NCBI GenBank assembly: GCA_001781095.1
Contig: MFKU01000014.1
Coordinates: forward strand, 1-59,528
DNA length: 59,528 bases
Direction: 5' to 3'
DNA from: Candidatus Kaiserbacteria bacterium RIFCSPHIGHO2_01_FULL_53_31
GTDB taxonomy: Bacteria > Patescibacteriota > Minisyncoccia > Phycocordibacterales > Phycocordibacteraceae
The position numbers and the translations under genes are program-made. Shown piece after piece: positions 1 through 9,001 of the stretch. The notes under the pieces were generated by a model, which saw only the letters and a program-made list of their open reading frames with translations, was not told where the DNA came from and ran no database searches. Position 1 is the stretch's first letter; each line of letters begins with the position of its first letter.

Positions 1-57
1 AAACCTTCTAATCTGAGCTTCAGAGGGTATTTGTTTGAGTGTGTACATAGCTTCCAT
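1..57 (-). mobile_element. Possible 5' end of an IS1595-like transposase running off the left edge
   Basis: The minus strand reads MEAMYTLKQIPSEAQIRRF.. from 57 to the edge, in low-GC context. It resembles, from memory, N-termini of CPR IS1595-type transposases. Only 19 codons are visible. Confidence 0.3.
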
Positions 58-356
58 GATACGGGAGCTGTACCAACTGGGTCTGGATACCCATTTAGGA
101 GCACTAGAAGTAAAATAAAGAACCTAATTCTCTATAGAATATTCCACTGCGTTCCGTCCCTTATCTGATTTTGGCTTCGGTACATCAAACCATTGAGGGT
201 GTTGCTTGAACATGGCTCGTAATTCACGTATGCTTTTATCAAGATCCTTGAATTTGAGCTACGTTTTCGGTTCAAACTTCCGGACATCGTCACCGCTTGT
301 GCACAAAACTGCAGATACGAGCGAAGTCGCTCTCTAGGTTCTGCTATTATTTACTC

Positions 357-830
357 ATGTCTCGCGCCGCTATTTTTGAATGGGAGGGTCGAGAATATAC
401 TCACGGTCCGAAAAGCGCTGATTGGTACTGGGCGCTTGGCATCATCGCGGTGGCCAGCACGACAGCGTCGATTCTCTTCGGGAATTATCTGCTGACCGTT
501 CTTATTGTTGTGGCTGCCATAACTCTCGCGCTGCACGGAGCGAAGCACCCGCCGTTGCATCGTTTCCGCATCGTCGAGCAGGGACTCGCTATCGGCGACG
601 AGTTATATCCATTTGATAACATGATCTCTTTCGCCATCTTAGAGGATGTGGAAGACGAATTTCCTCCTCTCCTTTCTGTAAAGAACGAAAGTTGGTTGTC
701 GCCGCACTTGATGATCCCGCTTGAGGGCGTTAACGCGGATATGATTTATGAATATTTCCTCCATCACGTCGATGAGGGTAAACACGAACACTCCTTCAGC
801 GATCTCGTCGCCGCGTGGCTTGGGTTTTGA
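357..830 (+). CDS. Conserved CPR membrane protein (two TM helices plus PH-like soluble domain)
   Basis: ORF from ATG 357 (MSRAAIFEWEGREY..KSADWYW..), a hydrophobic hairpin, then a soluble domain. Confidence 0.7.
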   Translation: MSRAAIFEWEGREYTHGPKSADWYWALGIIAVASTTASILFGNYLLTVLIVVAAITLALHGAKHPPLHRFRIVEQGLAIGDELYPFDNMISFAILEDVEDEFPPLLSVKNESWLSPHLMIPLEGVNADMIYEYFLHHVDEGKHEHSFSDLVAAWLGF

Positions 831-864
831 AAAAAGGGCAATACTAAGGTACAGTCTCCGTACT

Positions 865-936
865 GCTCCCGTCGTTCAATGGATAGGACATCAGCTTGCG
901 GAGCTGACGATGTCAGTTCGATTCTGGCCGGGAGCA
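865..936 (+). tRNA. tRNA-Arg(GCG)
   Basis: Acceptor GCTCCCG/CGGGAGC, anticodon arm TCAGC-TTGCGGA-GCTGA, T-arm GTTCGATT. No encoded CCA. Confidence 0.9.
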
Positions 937-984
937 CATGTGAATGCTGGTGCAAAGCTTTTTAATCTGCGAGAATGGCCAAAC

Positions 985-1197
985 ATGAATCACCATCGGA
1001 TCAATCGGTATACAAAAGATTTCTCCATCGCGGTGGGTATCATTATCATTTGGCGAGGAGTGTGGGTGTTGCTTGATTTATTCGATAAGTGGATGTTCGG
1101 CAATAACCATGTTGTGACGGCCGTGTTGGGAATAATTGTTGGTATCATCATCCTCTATCTTCCCGACCACAATCTCAAAACACTCGAACGGCTATAA
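985..1197 (+). CDS. Small two-TM membrane protein (70 aa)
   Basis: ATG 985, MNHHRINRYTKDFSIAVGIIIIWRGVWVLLD.., two hydrophobic segments; lies between two tRNAs. Confidence 0.7.
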   Translation: MNHHRINRYTKDFSIAVGIIIIWRGVWVLLDLFDKWMFGNNHVVTAVLGIIVGIIILYLPDHNLKTLERL

Positions 1198-1233
1198 ACA
1201 CGACTAAATACAGCGTGGTATCGTAATTTTGCA

Positions 1234-1305
1234 GCTCTCGTCGTTCAACGGATAGGATGCGGCCCTCCGAAGGCTGTGATGCCAGTTCGATTCTGGCCGA
1301 GAGCA
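1234..1305 (+). tRNA. tRNA-Arg(CCG)
   Basis: Acceptor GCTCTCG/CGAGAGC, anticodon loop CTCCGAA, T-arm GTTCGATT. Confidence 0.9.
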
Positions 1306-1347
1306 CTACTTCGCTCAGTTAGGAAACAGAGCTTCGAAGTGCACGCA

Positions 1348-1614
1348 CTAAACTTTCGAACGTTTGATGAGCCCGGTGAGGCGGGACTTCTTGCGAGACG
1401 CGGTATTGGCTTTGATGACGCCCGTCTTACGTGCCTTATCGATTGCGGCATAGGCCGCTGGGAGCAGTTTCTCAGCTTTGACAACCTCTTTGGCAGTGAC
1501 CGCCTGAATCACGGCCTTGGTCGCATCATAGAGCGCGTTCTTGCGGCGCACGTTGAAAACATGCTTCTTAGCCGCCGTGCGGATTGCCTTCTTCGCGGAA
1601 CTGGTTATTGCCAT
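1348..1614 (-). CDS. rpsT: 30S ribosomal protein S20
   Basis: MAITSSAKKAIR..IDKARKTGVIKANTASRKKSRL, the typical S20 pattern. Confidence 0.95.
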   Translation of the reverse strand: MAITSSAKKAIRTAAKKHVFNVRRKNALYDATKAVIQAVTAKEVVKAEKLLPAAYAAIDKARKTGVIKANTASRKKSRLTGLIKRSKV

Positions 1615-1669
1615 GTGCGCTTACCATAATGTATACGCAGTATAAGTGCAAGAGTGATAGGATATACGC

Positions 1670-2215
1670 ATGATTCGACAAGTACGCGGGAAAGTGGTTT
1701 CAATTGGCCCGACGAGTGCCATCGTCGAGGTCGCCGGCCTCGGCATTAAGGTCCATATGAGTTCTCCCCAATCACTTTCAGAAGGCCGCGAAGCTTGCCT
1801 GGCCACCCACCTAGCCGTGAAGCAGGATGGCATGGATCTCTACGGATTCCCCGATGCTCTTGACCGCGACTTTTTTGAGCTCATTCTATCGGTTTCGGGT
1901 GTAGGCCCTAAGACAGCGCAGAGCGTTCTGCGTCGTGCGCCTCGCGAGGCACTCGAGGGAGCCATTAGCGCACGCGATCTCACGTATCTCACCAAAGTCG
2001 TCGGCATCGGGAAGAAAATCGCGGAGAAAATGCTCGTTGAGCTCGCAGACAAAGTAGGCCCGCGTGCCCACGAGAGCCAAGACGGCGAAGTATTTGATAC
2101 ACTCGTCGCCCTTGGCTACACAGAACGCGAAGCGCGCAAGGCGCTGCAAAATATCCCCGACAGCGCGGTCGGCAAAGACGTGCGCCTGAAGGCCGCTTTG
2201 TCGTCCGGCCAATAA
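1670..2215 (+). CDS. ruvA: Holliday junction branch migration protein RuvA
   Basis: OB-fold start MIRQVRG, LYGF, HhH VSGVGPKTA and GIGKKIAEK, C-terminal LVALGY. Confidence 0.95.
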   Translation: MIRQVRGKVVSIGPTSAIVEVAGLGIKVHMSSPQSLSEGREACLATHLAVKQDGMDLYGFPDALDRDFFELILSVSGVGPKTAQSVLRRAPREALEGAISARDLTYLTKVVGIGKKIAEKMLVELADKVGPRAHESQDGEVFDTLVALGYTEREARKALQNIPDSAVGKDVRLKAALSSGQ

Positions 2216-2221
2216 GTTCAT

Positions 2222-3502
2222 ATGTACGAACTCGTTAATCGCATCGTTCGCCTCTTGCAGACGGTCACGCCACAACCGGTGGTGCGACTGCTGCGGTCGC
2301 CGTATCATGCGTCCCTCGCTTCGCTTGCAACCGTTTCGTACCGATTCCCTGCAAAAAAACTAACGGTCATCGGTATCACCGGTACCAAAGGTAAATCCAC
2401 AACGGCTGAAATGCTTTTTTCAATATTCCGCGCTGCTGGCTATAAAACCGCCCTTATTTCAACGATACGATTCGCGATCGAAGACGACTCTGAACCTAAT
2501 CGATACAAAATGACATTGCAAGGGCGCGGCTTCGCACAGGCCTTTATGCGCAAAGCGCTCACGGCCGGATGTTCGCACCTCATTATTGAAATAACGTCAG
2601 AAAGCACGCTTCAATATCGGCACTGGTTCCTCAACCTCGACGCGCTCGTTGTGACGAATATTCAGCGCGAACACATAGAAAGCCACGGGTCGTTCGAGAA
2701 ATATGTAGCGGCCAAGCGCGCGATCGTCACTACGCTCGCACGCTCACCTAAGAGCGCGCGAATTCTCGTGACAAACGCGGATATTCCAGAAACGAAAAAT
2801 TTTCTTTCCATTCCGGTCACTAAAGCAATCGGCTTCACCGCGGAGGATCTGCATATGCTAGTGAGCGATGACCGCGAAGTGCGTTTTACCTATGCAGGAG
2901 AGGAGTTTTCGCTTCCTTTGCCGGGCACGTTTAATGCAATGAACGCACTGGCCGCCATAAAGCTATGCGAAGCATTCGGCATACCTCTCACCACCATGGC
3001 GACGGCTCTTGCGACGCTTCCTACTGTGCGAGGCCGCGTCGAGCATATCGACGCGGGACAGGATTTTCTCGCAATTGTCGATTACGCCCACACGCCGGAT
3101 TCGCTCCGCGCTCTGTATGGTGCGTTTAAAAACCGTAGGAAAATCTGTGTGCTCGGTAACACGGGTGGCGGCCGAGACACGTGGAAGCGTCTGGATATGG
3201 GAAAAATCGCCGATGAAGAATGCGCAGAAGTTGTTCTCACCAACGAAGACCCCTATGACGAAGACCCACGCACGATCGTCGACGCGATGGCGGCTGGTAT
3301 GCGCCGCGCGCCGACTATCATCATGGACCGTCGCGAAGCGATTCGACATGCACTGTCGCTTGCCAGGAAAGGCGACGCCGTGCTTATTTCTGGGAAAGGC
3401 ACTGATCCCTACATCATGGGACCAAAAGGGTCGAAGCTCCCGTGGAGCGACGCGGCTATTGTCCGAGATGAGTTGGGTACGTTGCTAGCAAATAAGCTAT
3501 AG
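2222..3502 (+). CDS. murE: UDP-N-acetylmuramyl-tripeptide synthetase (MurE family Mur ligase)
   Basis: GITGTKGKSTT P-loop, VDYAHTPD, EDPYDEDP and GKG motifs. Confidence 0.88.
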   Translation: MYELVNRIVRLLQTVTPQPVVRLLRSPYHASLASLATVSYRFPAKKLTVIGITGTKGKSTTAEMLFSIFRAAGYKTALISTIRFAIEDDSEPNRYKMTLQGRGFAQAFMRKALTAGCSHLIIEITSESTLQYRHWFLNLDALVVTNIQREHIESHGSFEKYVAAKRAIVTTLARSPKSARILVTNADIPETKNFLSIPVTKAIGFTAEDLHMLVSDDREVRFTYAGEEFSLPLPGTFNAMNALAAIKLCEAFGIPLTTMATALATLPTVRGRVEHIDAGQDFLAIVDYAHTPDSLRALYGAFKNRRKICVLGNTGGGRDTWKRLDMGKIADEECAEVVLTNEDPYDEDPRTIVDAMAAGMRRAPTIIMDRREAIRHALSLARKGDAVLISGKGTDPYIMGPKGSKLPWSDAAIVRDELGTLLANKL

Positions 3503-3511
3503 TAGTCTCGT

Positions 3512-4456
3512 ATGGAACGAGACGCATGGTTCTTCGTCGGAATCCTGGTTTTTATATTCCTCATTTGGATTGCTACCGGAGGACCTACGCATCCGATCTC
3601 CTTCACCGGCCCGACACTTGCGCAGCCAGAAGAGCTCGGCGGCGGCACCTATCTGCAATTCCCGCGTGCTCCGTTCACCATCGGCAGTCCCGAAACACGT
3701 TTGCTCGGCTCCTCAAATGGTGCGGAACGGCCGGCGGCGGCACCTCGATACGACTCATCTTTCGGCCCGACTTCAGCATACCGAAACATCGTCTCGTTGA
3801 ATGACTACATCTCGAACGCAGACACCGTGAAGGAATATGTCGAGATCAATGTGTCACAGAACGCGGGCGGGCCTGTGAACATTACCGGATGGACGCTGGC
3901 GAGCGAAACGACCGGTAACACCGAAGTGATACCGCGCGGGACCGCGGTTCCCATCCTCGGCGTCGTCAATCAGACTCAGAATATTCTTCTGAATCCCGGC
4001 GATCGTGCGATTGTGAGCTCCGGGCAGTCACCTATGGGGGTATCCTTCCGCGAGAATAAATGCACGGGATACTTAAACACGTTTCAGAATTTCTATCCAG
4101 CCCTGCCCCAGAATTGCCCTACGGCGGCAAAGGAGCTCGAAACCTTTTACGGCTCGCGAGGAAGTCACGATCTCGCCTGTGTCGATTACATGGAAACCGT
4201 CCCGCGCTGTCGCTTCCCGCTCGGAGGGAAAAATGATTTGAGTGTTACCTGCAAGGCGTTCCTCACCGATTATTTGAACTATAACGGCTGCGTGAATGTA
4301 CACCAGGGCGACGCCGATTTCGCAGGCAACACCTGGCGCATCTACTTGGGCCGCAAAACGACATCGGGCAAGACGAAGCCGATGTGGCGCACGAGCCGCG
4401 AAGTCGTTCAGCTTTTCGATGAGAGGTATAAGACCGTCGATGAGTTCAGTGACTAG
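3512..4456 (+). CDS. Membrane-anchored extracellular protein with lamin-tail-like domain and Cys-rich region
   Basis: N-terminal TM; EYVEI..N..GPVNITGWTL LTD-like motif; several paired Cys. Confidence 0.65.
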   Translation: MERDAWFFVGILVFIFLIWIATGGPTHPISFTGPTLAQPEELGGGTYLQFPRAPFTIGSPETRLLGSSNGAERPAAAPRYDSSFGPTSAYRNIVSLNDYISNADTVKEYVEINVSQNAGGPVNITGWTLASETTGNTEVIPRGTAVPILGVVNQTQNILLNPGDRAIVSSGQSPMGVSFRENKCTGYLNTFQNFYPALPQNCPTAAKELETFYGSRGSHDLACVDYMETVPRCRFPLGGKNDLSVTCKAFLTDYLNYNGCVNVHQGDADFAGNTWRIYLGRKTTSGKTKPMWRTSREVVQLFDERYKTVDEFSD

Positions 4457-4491
4457 AAAAAATTACCTAAAAGGGGTACGGTATACACAAC

Positions 4492-4564
4492 GCGCCCATA
4501 GCTCAGTTGGTAGAGCAGCTCCCTTTTAAGGAGAAGGTCGCAGGATCGTAACCTGCTGGGCGCA
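4492..4564 (+). tRNA. tRNA-Lys(TTT)
   Basis: Acceptor GCGCCCA/TGGGCGC, D-arm AGCTCAGTTGGTAGAGC, anticodon loop CTTTTAA. Confidence 0.88.
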
Positions 4565-4625
4565 CAGTGTGGTTCTTTTTACTGGAAGAGGAATTTGCTT
4601 CTTAAGAGCGGAAAAGGAGGAAATC

Positions 4626-4901
4626 ATGGAAGACGTAAATAACGCCTATGTATGTGCGCGTCGAATTATCGTGGAAATTGATCTTCCTGAAAGGTGTGCG
4701 AATGAATTTAAGAGAGAATTCCACGCCAAATTCACTGAGGACGGTGAATATTCAGAAGATATCGAGACACGAATGGTCGGCAGCCACCAAAAAGAGGACC
4801 AGTGCACGGTTATCTTCCGCACTTCAGAAGAGGAGGAGGGACGCATTTACAAGTTCTGCGAGCTCTTTTTCCTCGATAGGAACATTTCATTTCACATCTG
4901 A
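4626..4901 (+). CDS. Hypothetical protein (91 aa)
   Basis: AGGAGG RBS before ATG 4626; acidic, lower GC, directly 3' of tRNA-Lys. Confidence 0.6.
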   Translation: MEDVNNAYVCARRIIVEIDLPERCANEFKREFHAKFTEDGEYSEDIETRMVGSHQKEDQCTVIFRTSEEEEGRIYKFCELFFLDRNISFHI

Positions 4902-4943
4902 TACGTGCACATAGGGTTTCGCTTCCAGCGAAACCCTTGAAAT

Positions 4944-5648
4944 TTATACCGATAACGCGAATCGCTCTAAGGATTCTGCCAAGTCGAGTCCACGACGACG
5001 AGACTCTTGTAGGAGAGATACGAGATCGCGAGAAAGTTTCCTGGCTTCATCAAACGGCCACGTTCTGCTTCCCTTTTCCATCAAGTCGCGCGCTTTCCAG
5101 TGCAAGAGGCCATGGAGCATCTCGGGCGCGTCGCCCGCGTAAAGCGCTCGGTTGATCTCCAGCCAGAGTCTTTCGCGACTTCGTGCACCGAGTGCATTAA
5201 CGAGATTTGAATTGAATCCTCGTTCGGTCGAGTGCGCGACAGATTTGTCGTATTTGTATTCAAATTTCGCTTTGGCAATAATCTTTTTCGCTTTTGCCGC
5301 CAGCAGTTTGGGCGCGAGAATCACGATGGCGTTGTCTGAGTCAGCAATCATATCAATATAATCATCGAGCACCGAGCTCTTACTGGATTCTGACACCGTT
5401 AGTGCATCATCAGATGGTGGGCTTACGGTGTCCCTCACAGTCGGGAATGGATCATCGATGAGCGTGAGAGTCCTCTTCGCGAAGAGACTGTTTGATAATG
5501 CCGCATCGAGCAATGTGCTTACGTTCAGTTCTTCGCGCGAAAGTCGCACGTAGACGAGATTTGGCTCTTTTACTCTTGCTTTCTCGATCCATTCAAACGC
5601 TTTGGATCGCGTCTTCGCGACATCACTACCGTGGAAGAGATATATCAT
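4944..5648 (-). CDS. holA: DNA polymerase III delta-subunit-like protein (short)
   Basis: MIYLFHGSD start and SLFAKRTLTL resemble the HolA N-terminus; coupled to polA. Confidence 0.6.
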   Translation of the reverse strand: MIYLFHGSDVAKTRSKAFEWIEKARVKEPNLVYVRLSREELNVSTLLDAALSNSLFAKRTLTLIDDPFPTVRDTVSPPSDDALTVSESSKSSVLDDYIDMIADSDNAIVILAPKLLAAKAKKIIAKAKFEYKYDKSVAHSTERGFNSNLVNALGARSRERLWLEINRALYAGDAPEMLHGLLHWKARDLMEKGSRTWPFDEARKLSRDLVSLLQESRRRGLDLAESLERFALSV

Positions 5649-8050
5649 AGGCTCTGCATCGTGCCCCAGTTGGGCCCGCCCTTCACAGTCACAAGGATCG
5701 GAACGTCACGGACATCTTCTTTGGACAGCACTGACTCCATAATTTCCTTTATTCGCGCAGCGAGCGTTTCAGTGCGTTCCATTCGAACTTCGTAGACGAG
5801 TTCATCATGCACCTGCAGTACGACATGCGCGTCCTCCTGCACGCCATCTCGCACCATCATGTCGTCGACTCGCACCATCGCGAGTTTAATAATGTCCGCT
5901 TCCGTTCCTTGTACCGGCGCATTTATCGCCATGCGCTCTGCCTGCGCCCGCACATACGGGAGCGATGATTTCATTTCTGGGAATTGGCGGCGGCGGCCGA
6001 AGAGCGTCTCGGTGTATCCGTGCTTGCGCGCGAAGCCGCGCGTGCTCTCGAGATATTCCGAAAGCGTCTTGAATGTAGCGAAGTAGTCCTCGAGATATTG
6101 ATGCGCCTCGGCGGTAGTCGACCCGAGTTGCGCGCGGAGTGCATTCACCCCCATGCCGTAGAGAATACCGAAGTTGATAACCTTCGCGCGTCGGCGCATC
6201 TCGGGGTCAACCTTCTCGGGTGCAACATGGAATACTTGCGCTGCGACTTCTTGGTGCACGTCCCGGCCGTTTCTGAATATCGCGCAGAGCTTCTCGTCGC
6301 CCGAGAGGATGGCCGCAAGCCGCAGTTCTATCTGCGAATAATCGAGCGAGACGAGCGTAAACTCTGGAGGTGCGATGAATGCGTGGCGGATGGCTCTCCC
6401 GCGTTCGGAATGGAGCGGAATATTCTGGAGATTCGGATTTTGACTCGCCATGCGGCCGGTCGTCGTACCTGCCTGAAGAAATTCAGCGTGCAGGCGGTTG
6501 CCCGCATCGAGGAGCGGCGGGAGATTCTCAATATAGGTTGAGAGCAGTTTCTTCAGTTCGCGATATTCGAGGATGTCGCTGACGATGGGATGCGCATCGC
6601 GAATCTTCTCGAGCTCGCTCTCGCGCGTCGATCGCTGGCCGCCCGCCGTTTTCCTCTGTTTCTCGGGAATAATCCGGAGCTCATCGAAGAGCACTTCACC
6701 GAGTTGTTTAGGTGAACTCACGTTGAACTCACGTCCCGCCGCACTAAATATTTTTTTTTCAAAATTGAGAAGTTCGGAACGATATTTTTTTGCAAGGATA
6801 TTTAGTGCGCCGGGATCAATGAGAACGCCGCGTTTCTCCATTCGGTCTATGATCGGTATCAGCGGCTTTTCAATTTTTTCATAGACGTCGCGCACTCGCC
6901 CTAGTTCGGCTATTTGTTTCTCGAGGACCGCATACGCTCCGTCAAATGCTCGCTCTTTGGTAAACGCAAGAATATCGTCGAGTGATGGATTGGTGAAGTC
7001 CGACGAAATAAGCCAGAGCATGACTGCCGCTTCAGCGAGGAGCGTTGCCTCAACTTCTTCGACGGGTATGTCTGGCTCAAAGACTATGTCTAATGACCCA
7101 TTTTGGAGCGATGTGAGGCCTGACGACTTCGCGAGAACACTCTTCACCCGTTCGCGTAGTGAGCGGAAGCCGAACTCGTCGCACATACTAAGCACTTTCT
7201 GAATATTCACGCCCTCGTGCCAGAGTCTTTCTGGCAAGGTGAAAGCGATTGGAGCGTCGAGCCGTATCGTCGCAAGAGATTTGGAGAATCGTGCATCCTC
7301 TTCATGTTCTCTAAGCAAGCCAATCATGCGAGCTTTGATGCCTTTTTTTATGAATGCATCATCACCCTTCTTCAGGGCCGCATATATTTTCTCAATCGAG
7401 CCGAAGCCCGTGATGAGTTCTGTCGCTGTCTTCTCGCCGACGCCGGGAATACCCTTAATATTGTCGGAAGGATCTCCGCGAAGCCCTTTCCAATCCGGAA
7501 TGAGTGCAGGAAGAAAGCCGAATCGCGCGAGCACTGCCTTCTCGTCGTAGAGAATGGTGTCATTGATGCCTTTTTTGGGCGTGTAGACACGAACGCGCTC
7601 GTCGTCGACGAGCTGGAGCGTGTCCATGTCGCCCGACGCGATGATAACGTCAACTCCTTTCTCTGTTTTTAATTCGTGCGAGATCGTACCGAGCAAGTCA
7701 TCAGCTTCAAATCCTTCGCGTTCATATGCGGGGATGCCAAACGCGTCAAAAACCTTTCGCGATTCCTGTAGCTGGAGGGCGAGAGCGTCATCCGTCTTCA
7801 CGCGTGTCGCTTTATATCCTTCATATGCCTCGTGACGGATCGTCGGCTTCGGCAAGTCGTAGCAGGCAGCAATGTAGTCGGGCTTCAGATCAGTAATAAT
7901 CTTGAGCAACATCGCGACGAGACCGTAGAGCGCGCCCGTGGGCGCGCCCGTGGGGCCTGTGAACTCAGGGAGTGCGTGGTAGGCGCGATGAATGATCGCG
8001 TGCGTGTCGAGTAGAACGATTCGCTTCTTGTTTGTAAGTTTCTTAGCCAT
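5645..8050 (-). CDS. polA: DNA polymerase I (5'-3' exonuclease plus polymerase; 3'-5' exonuclease region strongly reduced)
   Basis: LLDTHAIIHRAYHA, GFEADD, GDPSDNIKGIPGVGEKTA, DYSQIELR, KVINFGILYGMG, QVHDEL. Confidence 0.97.
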   Translation of the reverse strand: MAKKLTNKKRIVLLDTHAIIHRAYHALPEFTGPTGAPTGALYGLVAMLLKIITDLKPDYIAACYDLPKPTIRHEAYEGYKATRVKTDDALALQLQESRKVFDAFGIPAYEREGFEADDLLGTISHELKTEKGVDVIIASGDMDTLQLVDDERVRVYTPKKGINDTILYDEKAVLARFGFLPALIPDWKGLRGDPSDNIKGIPGVGEKTATELITGFGSIEKIYAALKKGDDAFIKKGIKARMIGLLREHEEDARFSKSLATIRLDAPIAFTLPERLWHEGVNIQKVLSMCDEFGFRSLRERVKSVLAKSSGLTSLQNGSLDIVFEPDIPVEEVEATLLAEAAVMLWLISSDFTNPSLDDILAFTKERAFDGAYAVLEKQIAELGRVRDVYEKIEKPLIPIIDRMEKRGVLIDPGALNILAKKYRSELLNFEKKIFSAAGREFNVSSPKQLGEVLFDELRIIPEKQRKTAGGQRSTRESELEKIRDAHPIVSDILEYRELKKLLSTYIENLPPLLDAGNRLHAEFLQAGTTTGRMASQNPNLQNIPLHSERGRAIRHAFIAPPEFTLVSLDYSQIELRLAAILSGDEKLCAIFRNGRDVHQEVAAQVFHVAPEKVDPEMRRRAKVINFGILYGMGVNALRAQLGSTTAEAHQYLEDYFATFKTLSEYLESTRGFARKHGYTETLFGRRRQFPEMKSSLPYVRAQAERMAINAPVQGTEADIIKLAMVRVDDMMVRDGVQEDAHVVLQVHDELVYEVRMERTETLAARIKEIMESVLSKEDVRDVPILVTVKGGPNWGTMQSL

Positions 8051-8486
8051 ACACCAGTTTCCGCGCATTGTCGGGCAGTACCTCTATTGAAATGGTCTTC
8101 GCTGTGAATTTTACGAGGGCATCAGCTACTTTCTCTGGCCATTCGAGCAGAATAAGATTTTCAGGTTCCTGCATAATTTCATCGAAACCGAGCGAAGCGA
8201 GATCGCTCCCCTTTTCGAGCCGGTACGCGTCGATATGAATCAATCTTTCAAACTCGGAATTCGCACTTCCAAATTTATATATTTTCTCGAGGACAAACGT
8301 CGGACTATTCACCGTTTCTGTAACACCGAGCGTTCGCGCGACCGCTTTCGTAAAAGCAGTCTTCCCTGCCCCGAGCTCTCCCGAAAGGGTGATCAATGTC
8401 GCCCACTTCACCGTCGGCGCGAGTGAGTGCGAAAAGCGAGCTGCCTCTTCTTCAAACTCAGTAAGTGTGTGAATGATTCTCTGCAT
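8043..8486 (-). CDS. tsaE: tRNA threonylcarbamoyladenosine biosynthesis ATPase TsaE
   Basis: LSGELGAGKT, VNSPTF, HIDAYRL and LEWPE motifs. Confidence 0.95.
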   Translation of the reverse strand: MQRIIHTLTEFEEEAARFSHSLAPTVKWATLITLSGELGAGKTAFTKAVARTLGVTETVNSPTFVLEKIYKFGSANSEFERLIHIDAYRLEKGSDLASLGFDEIMQEPENLILLEWPEKVADALVKFTAKTISIEVLPDNARKLVYG

Positions 8487-8554
8487 GAGAGGCTCATTGT
8501 ACCGCTGAAAATGGAAGTGCGCCCGGGCCAGCGAAGGCTCGAGCGCACATTTTC

Positions 8555-8905
8555 CTACCAAGCCCGCCGATATCCGCGGATGCGGTCACGATGCCCCCAG
8601 CCGAAGCGAAAATCGAAAGCGGCAGGTGGATAGAACGATGGCGCAACATAGGTTATCGGCGGTCCGTCATAGAACGGATACACCGACTGATACGATGGCA
8701 TCGTGCATACCCAGCGTGTACCCGTATATACCCATCTGCCCGGGTGGGTACATTCAGGTAGAGCCGGTTGTGCTTGCTGCGCCATGACTGGCGCGGGCGG
8801 AGCGCTCGGCATCGGAGCCGATTGATAGGGACTCGGCTGGCAGACGGGCATCGCGCACCCAACCAGGACAGTAAAAAGAACCGGTACTAACCATTCTATT
8901 TTCAT
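8555..8905 (-). CDS. Pro-rich putative lipoprotein
   Basis: MKIEWLVPVLFTVLVGC lipobox-like signal; Pro/Tyr-rich body. Confidence 0.55.
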   Translation of the reverse strand: MKIEWLVPVLFTVLVGCAMPVCQPSPYQSAPMPSAPPAPVMAQQAQPALPECTHPGRWVYTGTRWVCTMPSYQSVYPFYDGPPITYVAPSFYPPAAFDFRFGWGHRDRIRGYRRAW

Positions 8906-9001
8906 GGTTTCTCCCTCCAAACCTGAATGTATTATATCACCATATATACGTCTTTGTCAAGTATCCCATTTGAGCCAGTATTCTGGTGTTATTATTCCGT
9001 C

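Noticed and set aside
124-295. Minus-strand reading GDDVRKFEPKT*LKFKDLDKSIRELRAMFKQHPQWF.. suggesting stop-codon readthrough or recoding
   Set aside because: Other genes here end normally at TAG, TAA and TGA (standard code 11). It is more likely a pseudogene fragment or chance.
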